DNA of 64,000 nt from Anaerolineae bacterium (GTDB taxonomy: Bacteria; Chloroflexota; Anaerolineae; Promineifilales; Promineifilaceae), in contig JAHDWL010000002.1 of NCBI GenBank assembly GCA_023384355.1, positions 159,667-223,666 of the forward strand, written 5' to 3'. The notes beneath the pieces are model-generated. The model was not told the origin of the DNA, did not search any database, and saw only the letters and a program-made list of their open reading frames with translations. The translations under genes and the position numbers were made by a program. Shown in pieces: positions 46,363 through 55,149 of this stretch. Position 1 is the first letter of the stretch. The number at the start of each line of letters is the position of its first letter.

Positions 46363-49359
46363 ATGAGCGCCGGTCAATTTGCCGAGGTTGTCGTCAACAT
46401 CGAGATGGGGATCTCCGATACTTACCATTATCACATACCCTCTGACATGCGTGCAGAGCTGCGCCCTGGTCACATGGTAGAAGTTGAATTCGGCCGCCGG
46501 CTGGCGCAGGGCATTGTCGTCGCCTTCGCCGACATCGCGCCGGTGGAGGAGACCAAACCGATCATCAGTCTCATCGATCCCGAACCGGTGTTGTGGCCGT
46601 GGCAGATCGACCTTGCCCGTTGGCTGAGCGAGCGCTATATGGCCCCGCTCAACGCCTGCTTCCGGCTGCTGTTGCCGCCGGGATTGACGCGATGGTCTGA
46701 CAACACCTACGATATCAACCCGAACTGGGAAGGCGGGGGGCATTTGACCGACCTGCAACGGGAGCTGGTTGCGTTGCTGCGCGAACGCGGCGACCTGCGT
46801 GGTCGCCAAATCGGACGGGCGATAAAGGACAAGAAGTGGCCAACGGCAGCGACCCAGTTGGTGAATCGCGGTATCCTGCGTCGTGCGTCTGTTCTCGACC
46901 CGCCGACCGTGCGACCAAAGCACGTACGGATGGTGGAACTGATCGCCGGGCCGTCACAGATACGGGCCGCCGCGCCCCGGCTCGGTCGATCCGCCAAGAC
47001 GGCCGACATATTGGCGTATCTGGCCGATTCGCCCGACCCGTTGCCCGCGGAAAGCGACATCCGGGCGGCGACCGGCGCGGAGGAAAAACACCTGGCCTCG
47101 TTGGCGAAGGAAGGGCTGATCGCCCGCTTCCCGGCGACAACGGTAATCCTCCCCGGCGACCGGGGGGAACCTCCAACCGAAATGCGGCCGTTGCTGGCGA
47201 TGTTGCCGTCGGCTCCCGATCAGCTACCACAGTCTGAGCTGCTGCCGGCATTGCTAACGCTGGGCTATGCGCGTGCCGAAGAGCAGCCCGCCACCGCCGG
47301 ATTGGCCATCCCTGCCCGGCAGGTGACGGCCGAGATTTTGCGCTTGGGCCGTGGCGAGATCTTTGGACGGATCCTCGACATGCTGGTGGAGGAGGCTCGC
47401 GCTGTGCCTGTCGGTGAGGTGTATGCCGCCACCGGCGCGACGTTGCGCCACCTGCGACGGCTGGCGGAGCTTGATCTGGTGCGATTGGGAGATGTGCACG
47501 TTTGGCGCGATTCGCTGGCCGACCGCGACTTTGCCCCGGTCGATCCTCCCGAACTGACGCTTGACCAGGCCCGCGTATGGGGGCGAATCAAGATCGCCAT
47601 GATTGAAGGTGCAACGGCCGATGAGGACACATGGGACTATGACGACGGCGAACAGCCCGGTGACGTTCTTGAAGATGGCGCGGCCCTTGATCCGATGGAC
47701 GCCGCCACGCCGTTCCTGCTCCACGGCGTCACCGGTAGCGGCAAGACGGAAATCTACATGCGGGCGATCGAATATGCCCTGGCGCGCGGCCAACAGGCCA
47801 TCGTCCTCGTCCCGGAGATCGCCCTGACACCGCAGACGGTGCGACGCTTTTCCGCGCGATTCCCCGGGCGGGTGGCTGTGCTCCACAGCTCGCTTTCGGC
47901 AGGCGAGCGCTATGACACCTGGCGGCGTGCCCGGCGTGGCCTTTTCGATATTGTTATCGGACCGCGCAGCGCATTGTTCACACCACTTCCCAACCTGGGC
48001 GTCATCGTTATCGACGAGGAGCACGACAGCAGTTATAAGCAGACCCCACCGGTGCCGCCGCCGTACTACCATGCGCGCGAGGCGGCTATCGCCCTTGCTG
48101 GTTTCACTGGAGCGCTCGTCATCATGGGCAGCGCAACCCCCGATGTGGTCACCTATCATCGCGCCCGCGCCGGTCGCTATCAATTACTGGAATTACCCAA
48201 GCGGATTATGGGTCATCGCCGCCGCGTCGAGAGCCAGGCCGGGCGTTTGCATATCGAGAGTCGTTACCGGCCGTTATCAGAAGGGGGCGATGGGGAGGAT
48301 ATTCTGCGCATGGACGAGGCGCTGACGATCCCCCTGCCGCCCATCCAGGTGGTCGATATGCGTCAGGAGTTGCGAGCCGGGAACCGCGCTATCTTTAGTC
48401 GGGCGCTGGACGCGGCCGTGACCGAGACGCTGGCCCGCGGCGAGCAGAGCATCCTCTTCCTGAACCGGCGCGGCACGGCCACCTTCGTCAATTGTCGCGA
48501 CTGCGGTCATGTGATGGCGTGCCGGCAGTGCGGCATCCCGCTCACCTACCACCAGCCGCGCATGATGCTCGTTTGTCATCAGTGCGGCCGCCGCGAAGCC
48601 CAGCCGCAGTCATGTCCCAACTGCGGCTCGGATCGCATTCGTTACTTTGGACTGGGGACGGAAAAGCTCGCGGAGCTGGTGCGCGAGCGATGGCCGGAGG
48701 CGCGGCTCGTGCGCTGGGACCGCGACACCACCAGCGAGGAAGGCTCCCATGAGGCGCTGCTGGCCGGGTTCATCGATCGCGAGTCGGATATCCTCGTCGG
48801 CACACAAATGATCGCCAAGGGGTTGGACCTGCCCTTTGTCACGCTGGTTGGCGTCATCTCGGCCGACATTGCGCTTGGTCTGCCTGATTACAACACCGGC
48901 GAGCGCGTCTTTCAGGTACTTGCTCAGGTGGCAGGCCGGGCCGGACGGGGTTTGCTGGGTGGCCGGGTGCTCATCCAGACCTACAACCCGGAGCATTACG
49001 CCATTCGGGCCGCGGCCGAACACGATTACGATGCTTTCTATGTGGAAGAGATTCGCTTTCGCACACAACGAGCGCTGCCGCCGTTTCGGCGAATGGTGCG
49101 CTTGCTTATCAGCGATCCGGTGAGTGACCGTGCCGAGAGGGCGGCGAAAGACATGGCGCGGGTACTGCAATTGGCTGTCAGGGAGCGCGCCTTGGCCGCG
49201 ACAGATATCCTTGGCCCCACGCCGGCGTTCTTCACCCGACTGGACGGCCGCTATCGCTGGCACATCGTCATCCACACCCCCGATCCCCACCGACTATTGG
49301 AGGGAATCGCTATCCCGAAGGCGTGGGTGGTGGACATTGACCCGGAAAGCACGCTATAG
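46363..49359 (+). CDS. priA: Primosomal protein N' (replication restart helicase)
   Basis: LLHGVTGSGKTEIY, LVPEIALTPQ, VIVIDEEHD, SATP, FLNRRG, eight-Cys zinc region, LVGTQMIAKGLD, QVAGRAGR. Confidence 0.97.
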   Translation: MSAGQFAEVVVNIEMGISDTYHYHIPSDMRAELRPGHMVEVEFGRRLAQGIVVAFADIAPVEETKPIISLIDPEPVLWPWQIDLARWLSERYMAPLNACFRLLLPPGLTRWSDNTYDINPNWEGGGHLTDLQRELVALLRERGDLRGRQIGRAIKDKKWPTAATQLVNRGILRRASVLDPPTVRPKHVRMVELIAGPSQIRAAAPRLGRSAKTADILAYLADSPDPLPAESDIRAATGAEEKHLASLAKEGLIARFPATTVILPGDRGEPPTEMRPLLAMLPSAPDQLPQSELLPALLTLGYARAEEQPATAGLAIPARQVTAEILRLGRGEIFGRILDMLVEEARAVPVGEVYAATGATLRHLRRLAELDLVRLGDVHVWRDSLADRDFAPVDPPELTLDQARVWGRIKIAMIEGATADEDTWDYDDGEQPGDVLEDGAALDPMDAATPFLLHGVTGSGKTEIYMRAIEYALARGQQAIVLVPEIALTPQTVRRFSARFPGRVAVLHSSLSAGERYDTWRRARRGLFDIVIGPRSALFTPLPNLGVIVIDEEHDSSYKQTPPVPPPYYHAREAAIALAGFTGALVIMGSATPDVVTYHRARAGRYQLLELPKRIMGHRRRVESQAGRLHIESRYRPLSEGGDGEDILRMDEALTIPLPPIQVVDMRQELRAGNRAIFSRALDAAVTETLARGEQSILFLNRRGTATFVNCRDCGHVMACRQCGIPLTYHQPRMMLVCHQCGRREAQPQSCPNCGSDRIRYFGLGTEKLAELVRERWPEARLVRWDRDTTSEEGSHEALLAGFIDRESDILVGTQMIAKGLDLPFVTLVGVISADIALGLPDYNTGERVFQVLAQVAGRAGRGLLGGRVLIQTYNPEHYAIRAAAEHDYDAFYVEEIRFRTQRALPPFRRMVRLLISDPVSDRAERAAKDMARVLQLAVRERALAATDILGPTPAFFTRLDGRYRWHIVIHTPDPHRLLEGIAIPKAWVVDIDPESTL

Positions 49360-49379
49360 ATGGGAAACCTTGTCTGGAG

Positions 49380-49451
49380 TGTCCCCGCACGGACTCGAAC
49401 CGTGATCTATCGCTTAGGAGGCGATTGCTCTATCCTTTGAGCTACGAGGAC
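49380..49451 (-). tRNA. tRNA-Arg(CCT)
   Basis: GTCCTCG/CGGGGAC acceptor stem, GCTC/GAGC D-arm, ATCGC-CTCCTAA-GCGAT anticodon arm, CACGG-TTCGAGT-CCGTG T-arm; CCA not encoded. Confidence 0.95.
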
Positions 49452-49473
49452 CGATAGCTGGATTTTAACCAAA

Positions 49474-49914
49474 TTGGGATGTGGTGACTACTTGAGAGCG
49501 GATGCCCCGCAACTCCCCTTCTTTGTATATGGCACGCTGCTGCCGGGCGAGGCGAACTTTTACCTGTGGCGCGAGGCGATAGTCAGGTTTCGCCCGGCGA
49601 TCCTGAACAATGCGCGTATGTTTAGCCTGGGGCGATTTCCGATGGCTATCGACGCGCCTGAGGGCGAAGTGCGCGGACTGGTGGTTGATATCCGTCCGTC
49701 TTCCTATCTTGCGGCGCTGTCTCTGCTGGATCAGTTGGAAGGTGTCCGCTTGCACCCTGTTCACGGGTCGGGATATACGCGGGTGCGTCGCCTTGTTCGG
49801 CCGGCGGGCGAACCGGCTGTCGTGGCGTGGGTCTATTTGGGCGACGCGTTTTTCGTCAGGGGGCGGCGACCGATCGATGTGGCCTGGAAAACCTACACCT
49901 GCAAAGGGCCATAA
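49474..49914 (+). CDS. Gamma-glutamylcyclotransferase family protein
   Basis: FFVYGTLLPGEAN, LDQLEG, GYTR, AWVY; start codon uncertain. Confidence 0.82.
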   Translation: MGCGDYLRADAPQLPFFVYGTLLPGEANFYLWREAIVRFRPAILNNARMFSLGRFPMAIDAPEGEVRGLVVDIRPSSYLAALSLLDQLEGVRLHPVHGSGYTRVRRLVRPAGEPAVVAWVYLGDAFFVRGRRPIDVAWKTYTCKGP

Positions 49915-50168
49915 CCCCATTAATATTGTTGCCTTGCGCGCCGATCCTAGTAGTATTGAGGGGATATTCCCACTCCACCGCACGCTGACAATCACAATAA
50001 TGTAGCCTGACGGATCACCACGAAATACCTTTCCCCCTGGTCCCGGTTTGAACACCTGCGATCGGATAAAATGCGATAGCCTGGTAGAGGCTACCAGGTG
50101 GGTCTATCGGACTGGTCATCTGTCAGGTCTATTGATAGAGCGATGTTGAGAACAATGGAACCAATCCC

Positions 50169-52409
50169 ATGAAACGAATAGGTGTTTTTACGAGCGGCGG
50201 CGATGCTCCAGGCATGAACGCGGCACTGCGCGCCGTGGTGCGCACGGGCTTGAACCACGGGCTGGAAGTTTACGCGATCTACGAAGGGTATTCAGGCCTG
50301 GTGGAAGGTGGGGAAAATATCCGGCCGATGAGCTGGGGCGAAGTCGGCGGTATCCTGCATCTGGGAGGTACCGTCATAGGCTCTGCGCGTTGCAAAGAGT
50401 TCCGGGAACGGGCGGGCCGGTTGCGCGCCGTGCGTAATCTGCTGCTGCACGAGATCGACGGATTGATCGTCATCGGCGGCGACGGAAGTCTGACCGGTGC
50501 TTACCTGTTACACAACGAATGGCAAGACCTGGTCGAGGAACTGGTCGAGACCGGCCAGGTGACGAAGAAAGCCGCGAGCCGCCACAAGGCGTTGCCGGTC
50601 GTCGGCATCATCGGCTCCATCGATAACGACATGTTCGGATCGGACATCACCACCGGCACGGACACCGCCCTGCATCGCATCGTCGATGCCACGGACGCTA
50701 TCTCCAGCACGGCCGCCAGTCACCAGCGCAGCTTTGTCGTCGAGGTGATGGGTCGAAATTGCGGCTATCTGGCGTTGATGGGCGCGATGGCTTCCGGCGC
50801 TGATTGGGTGCTCATACCTGAATCGCCACCGGATGTGGATGACTGGGAAGAGAAGATGTGCGAAAAGCTGCGGAAGGGCCGTCTGATGGGGCGTCGCGAC
50901 AGCATGGTCATCGTCGCCGAAGGCGCGCGCGATTGCAACGGCAACCCCATAACCAGCCGGCACGTGAAGGAAGTCATCGAGGAGCGGCTGGGCGAGGATG
51001 TGCGTATCACCGTTCTGGGACACGTCCAGCGCGGTGGCTCACCAAGCGCATTTGACCGCAATTTGAGTACACAGCTTGGCGTGGAGGCGGTTGAGACCAT
51101 CTCCACCATGGCGGGAGAGGCGGAGCCGCTGATTGTCGGCTTTCAGGGCAACAAGCTAACCCGTACCCCGTTGCGGGTGGCGCTGGAGAAGACAAAGGCT
51201 GTCGCCGACGCCGTGGCAGCGCGGAAGTTCGATGAGGCTCTGGAATTGCGCGGGGCGGCGTTCGGTAGATCCTTCGAGGTTGTGCGCACTCTGGTTCGCG
51301 CCACGCCTCATCCCCCCGCACCCGACCAAAGACGGTTGCGGATCGCCATCATGCACGGAGGCGGCCCCGCGCCGGGAATGAACACGGCCGCCCGGGCAGC
51401 GGTCCGCATCGGCATTGACCGTGGCCATATCATGCTCGGCGTGCGCAACGCATTCCGCGGCCTGATTAACAACGAAATAAATGAGTTCAACTGGATGAGC
51501 GTGAATGGCTGGGCTACCCGCGGTGGGTCAGAACTGGGCACAAACCGGACGATCCCCAAGGGGCGCGACCTCTATGCTATCGCGCGCAGTCTCGAGGAGC
51601 ACCAGATTGACGGTATCCTGATGATTGGCGGCTGGTCGGGCTATCAGTCTATTTTGGAACTGTATAACCAGCGCAAGAATTATCCTGCGTTTGATATCCC
51701 CATGATTTGCCTGCCGGCGACGATCAACAACAATCTGCCCGGCACCGAGTTGAGCGTGGGGGCCGACACCGCGCTGAACAGTATTGTGTCCGCGGTGGAC
51801 AAAATAAAGCAGTCGGCTGTGGCCTCGCAGCGGGCTTTTATTGTTGAGGTCATGGGCTACTATTGCGGCTATCTGGCCCTGATGGGCGCGTTGGCCACCG
51901 GGGCCGAGCGCGTCTATCTGCACGAGGAAGGCGTTTCGATGCGCGACCTTGTGGCGGATGTTGAGGAGTTTCGCGAAGCATTCAAGAAAGGCAAGCGGCT
52001 GGGACTGGTTATTCGCAACGAGATGGCCAACGAGGTCTACACGACGAACTTCATGCGTATGCTCTTTGAAGAAGAGGGTGGCGACCTGTTCGATGTGCGC
52101 CAGGCGATTCTGGGTCACATGCAGCAGGGCGGCACGCCGTCCCCTTTCGACCGCATCTTTGCCACGCGCCTGGGTGTGAATTGCATCGATACGTTGGTAG
52201 ATTATATCGAACGTCGCGAGACGGTTGGCCTGTGCATAGGGCAGGTTCGGGGTGAGGTAAGCTTCACCCATCTCGACGATGTGCCGCGCCTCATGGACTA
52301 TGAGCACAGCCGTCCTGTTAGGCAGTGGTGGATGGACCTGCGGCCGATCGCTAACCTGTTAGCCCGGCAAGGATATTCGCTTACTGGTGAGGGCGAAACG
52401 GCCGAGTGA
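50169..52409 (+). CDS. pfkA: ATP-dependent 6-phosphofructokinase, eukaryote-type tandem-duplicated (746 aa)
   Basis: N-half TSGGDAPGMN, GGDGSLTGA, GSIDND, EVMGRNCGYLAL; C-half GPAPGMN, PATINNN, EVMGYYCGYLAL, LGHMQQGGTPSPFDR. Confidence 0.93.
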   Translation: MKRIGVFTSGGDAPGMNAALRAVVRTGLNHGLEVYAIYEGYSGLVEGGENIRPMSWGEVGGILHLGGTVIGSARCKEFRERAGRLRAVRNLLLHEIDGLIVIGGDGSLTGAYLLHNEWQDLVEELVETGQVTKKAASRHKALPVVGIIGSIDNDMFGSDITTGTDTALHRIVDATDAISSTAASHQRSFVVEVMGRNCGYLALMGAMASGADWVLIPESPPDVDDWEEKMCEKLRKGRLMGRRDSMVIVAEGARDCNGNPITSRHVKEVIEERLGEDVRITVLGHVQRGGSPSAFDRNLSTQLGVEAVETISTMAGEAEPLIVGFQGNKLTRTPLRVALEKTKAVADAVAARKFDEALELRGAAFGRSFEVVRTLVRATPHPPAPDQRRLRIAIMHGGGPAPGMNTAARAAVRIGIDRGHIMLGVRNAFRGLINNEINEFNWMSVNGWATRGGSELGTNRTIPKGRDLYAIARSLEEHQIDGILMIGGWSGYQSILELYNQRKNYPAFDIPMICLPATINNNLPGTELSVGADTALNSIVSAVDKIKQSAVASQRAFIVEVMGYYCGYLALMGALATGAERVYLHEEGVSMRDLVADVEEFREAFKKGKRLGLVIRNEMANEVYTTNFMRMLFEEEGGDLFDVRQAILGHMQQGGTPSPFDRIFATRLGVNCIDTLVDYIERRETVGLCIGQVRGEVSFTHLDDVPRLMDYEHSRPVRQWWMDLRPIANLLARQGYSLTGEGETAE

Positions 52410-52467
52410 TCGGCATGTCCAGCCAACTAATAATAAATACTATTCTTTTTAAAGGAGAATTATCGGC

Positions 52468-53634
52468 ATGAGAATTGGAATCCTGACAGGCGGCGGCGAT
52501 GTGCCGGGCCTGAACCCATGTATTAAGGCAGTTGTTAACCGTGCCGTCGACGCTGGCCACGAAGTCGTCGGTATTCGTCGGGGGTGGGGTGGCCTGTTGC
52601 AGGTCGATCGCGACGATCCGGAGACCATCGAGAGGTTTATCGTGCCGCTCGACAACAACGTGGTTCGCACAATTGACCGCACCGGCGGGACGATGCTCCA
52701 CACCAGCCGAACCAATCCCGGCAAGGTAAAGCCCGGAAGCGTCCCTGAATTCCTTAAGGACCCGGAGCATCCGGAAGCGGAAGCGGCCGACGATTCGCCG
52801 CGCGATTTCACGCCCCACGTGTTGAAAAACCTGGAGTACCTCAAAATCGACCGTCTGATCCCTATCGGCGGCGACGATACGCTGAGCTACGGCGAACGAC
52901 TTCATCGGGAAGGGTTTCCGGTGGTTGCGATTCCCAAGACGATGGACAACGATGTCTATGGCACCGATTATTGCATCGGCTTCAGCACGGCTGTCACGCG
53001 CAGTGTGCAGTTCATTCACCAGTTACGCACGAGTGCGGGTTCGCACGAACGCATCGCTGTAATCGAGCTGTTCGGTCGTAATTCAGGCGAAACCAGCCTG
53101 ATCAGCTCCTATCTGGCAGGCGTCGACCGGGCGCTCATCTCTGAAGTGCCGTTCGACCCGGAGCGACTGGCGGCGCTGGTGATGAGGGATAAGAAAGCCA
53201 ACCCCAGCAACTACGCCATGGTCACCGTGAGCGAGGGGGCGCATATGGTCGGCGGGAAGGTTGTTGAGTACGGAGAGACCGATGCCTATGGACATCGCAA
53301 GCTGGGGGGCATCGGTGAAATTACCGGCGAAGCGCTCAAGAAACTGACCGGCGAAAACATCATCTCCCAGAAGATAGGCTATCTCATGCGTTCCGGCGCG
53401 CCCGACGCACTCGATCTGATGGTGGGCACGAACTATGCTCAACTGGCGGTCGATCTGATCGTCGGCGGGTCGAGCGGCCGCATGGTGGCCTTGCGCGATG
53501 GTGCGTATACTCACGTTGCCATGAGCGTAGTGACCAGCGGCGTCAAGCGGGTCGATGTCGACGAACTTTATGACGTGCAGAACTACCGGCCCAAGGTGCG
53601 TCATGTTCTGGGCAAACCCATGTTCCTGTATTGA
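52468..53634 (+). CDS. PfkA-family phosphofructokinase, probably pyrophosphate-dependent
   Basis: [16 protein letters not shown] (Asp at the Gly104 position), PKTMDND (Lys), ELFGRNSG. Confidence 0.85.
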   Translation: MRIGILTGGGDVPGLNPCIKAVVNRAVDAGHEVVGIRRGWGGLLQVDRDDPETIERFIVPLDNNVVRTIDRTGGTMLHTSRTNPGKVKPGSVPEFLKDPEHPEAEAADDSPRDFTPHVLKNLEYLKIDRLIPIGGDDTLSYGERLHREGFPVVAIPKTMDNDVYGTDYCIGFSTAVTRSVQFIHQLRTSAGSHERIAVIELFGRNSGETSLISSYLAGVDRALISEVPFDPERLAALVMRDKKANPSNYAMVTVSEGAHMVGGKVVEYGETDAYGHRKLGGIGEITGEALKKLTGENIISQKIGYLMRSGAPDALDLMVGTNYAQLAVDLIVGGSSGRMVALRDGAYTHVAMSVVTSGVKRVDVDELYDVQNYRPKVRHVLGKPMFLY

Positions 53635-53749
53635 TCCGGGCACGCTTTGAGTCGATTCATGGGGCGCGGCAAATCCCGGCGGGTTTGGCGCGCCCTAATT
53701 ATTTTTCCGCGGATTGTCTGATAGATGTCTAAGTCATGATCGATGTCAC

Positions 53750-53791
53750 TTGACGATTTCGCCATCGTCTCATTAGAATAGTTGTATTCTA
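53750..53791 (+). promoter_or_regulatory. Promoter of the htrA-like gene with overlapping palindrome
   Basis: TTGACG-18 nt-TAGAAT; TAGAATA-GTTG-TATTCTA inverted repeat. Confidence 0.5.
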
Positions 53792-53850
53792 CCCGGCTTG
53801 GAAAGTTCGTCCCCCGGATAACGGGCACCAGCTTCGCATAACCTTAACTC

Positions 53851-55062
53851 ATGCATCGTCTACATCGTTCACCGCTACTGCTATTCTTTACCGTTCTCAT
53901 CCTTTCCGCGCTCGCCTGCCAGGCGCTGTCGATCAACCAGCCCGTAGACTCATCCGTCACCCTTTCACAATATGACCAGCAAGAGGTGGTGACCATGGCG
54001 GTCGCGACTGTGACCGCCCAACTAGCCCAGGCGACGGCAAATGCCCCGCTGAGTTCCGTCGACGGCCAACCGGCAATGGCCGGCACCGATATGGAGAAAT
54101 CACTGGTCGATCTGTACGCGCGGGTCAACCCGGCCGTCGTTCATATTTTTGTGCTGGATGAGCAATCCTTTGTAGTCGGCACGGGTAGCGGGTTTGTTTT
54201 TGACACCGATGGCCACATCGTCACCAACAACCATGTTGTCACCGGTTCCAGTGGCCTGGAAGTCGTCTTCCCTGACGGTCAGCGCCGTTCGGCCGAAGTG
54301 GTCGGCACGGATGTCGACAGCGATCTGGCTGTTATTCGGGTCGATCAATTGCCGGAGGGCGTTATCCCTATCCCGTTGGGCGATTCCAACAATGTTAAGG
54401 TGGGGCAGTTTGTTGTCGCCATTGGCAACCCGTTCGGCGAGGCAGGTTCACTGTCACTGGGCATCATCAGTGGCCTGGGGCGCTCGCTATCCTCTGATCG
54501 GATCGCTGAAGGGGGCGGTCGTTATTCCCTGCCACAGGTTATCCAGACGGATGCGGCCATCAACCCGGGCAATTCCGGCGGGCCGCTGCTGAATCTGGCC
54601 GGCGAACTGGTCGGCGTCAACAGCGCCATCCGCACCAGCACCGGCACAAATTCCGGCGTCGGTTTTTCTATCCCGGTGAACGCTGTCCGGCGGGTAATTC
54701 CCGCCTTGATCGCCGAGGGAGTTTATCATTACCCCTTCCTTGGCATTCGAATGACCAGCCTGGACCTGGCAACGCAAGAGGAATTGGGTCTGTCGCAGGC
54801 GGCCGGGGCCTATATCACCGACATCACGCCTGACAGTCCGGCCGCGCGGGCGGGCCTGGTGGCGAGTGGTTTCAATGACACGGTCGGCCTGATACCCGGC
54901 GGCGATCTGATCGTCGCCGCAAACGGCCGTCCGATTGCCAGCCCGGATGATTTGATTAGCTTTCTTGTATTCGACGCGGAAGTTGGCCAGACGATCACAT
55001 TGACGGTTATCCGGGACGGCCAGCAGATCGACGTGCCTCTGACGCTCGGCGAACGCCCCTAA
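53851..55062 (+). CDS. HtrA/DegP-like trypsin serine protease with PDZ domain (lipoprotein)
   Basis: Lipobox LSALAC; TNNHVV, DSDLAV, QTDAAINPGNSGGPL catalytic triad motifs; single PDZ. Confidence 0.93.
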   Translation: MHRLHRSPLLLFFTVLILSALACQALSINQPVDSSVTLSQYDQQEVVTMAVATVTAQLAQATANAPLSSVDGQPAMAGTDMEKSLVDLYARVNPAVVHIFVLDEQSFVVGTGSGFVFDTDGHIVTNNHVVTGSSGLEVVFPDGQRRSAEVVGTDVDSDLAVIRVDQLPEGVIPIPLGDSNNVKVGQFVVAIGNPFGEAGSLSLGIISGLGRSLSSDRIAEGGGRYSLPQVIQTDAAINPGNSGGPLLNLAGELVGVNSAIRTSTGTNSGVGFSIPVNAVRRVIPALIAEGVYHYPFLGIRMTSLDLATQEELGLSQAAGAYITDITPDSPAARAGLVASGFNDTVGLIPGGDLIVAANGRPIASPDDLISFLVFDAEVGQTITLTVIRDGQQIDVPLTLGERP

Positions 55063-55149
55063 GGCGTGCCCAGCAGGCGAGGCAATTAACAACGCCGAAA
55101 CCGGTCAGGCGATCGGTAAAAACGGCAACACAACAGGTAGGAGGTTTTC

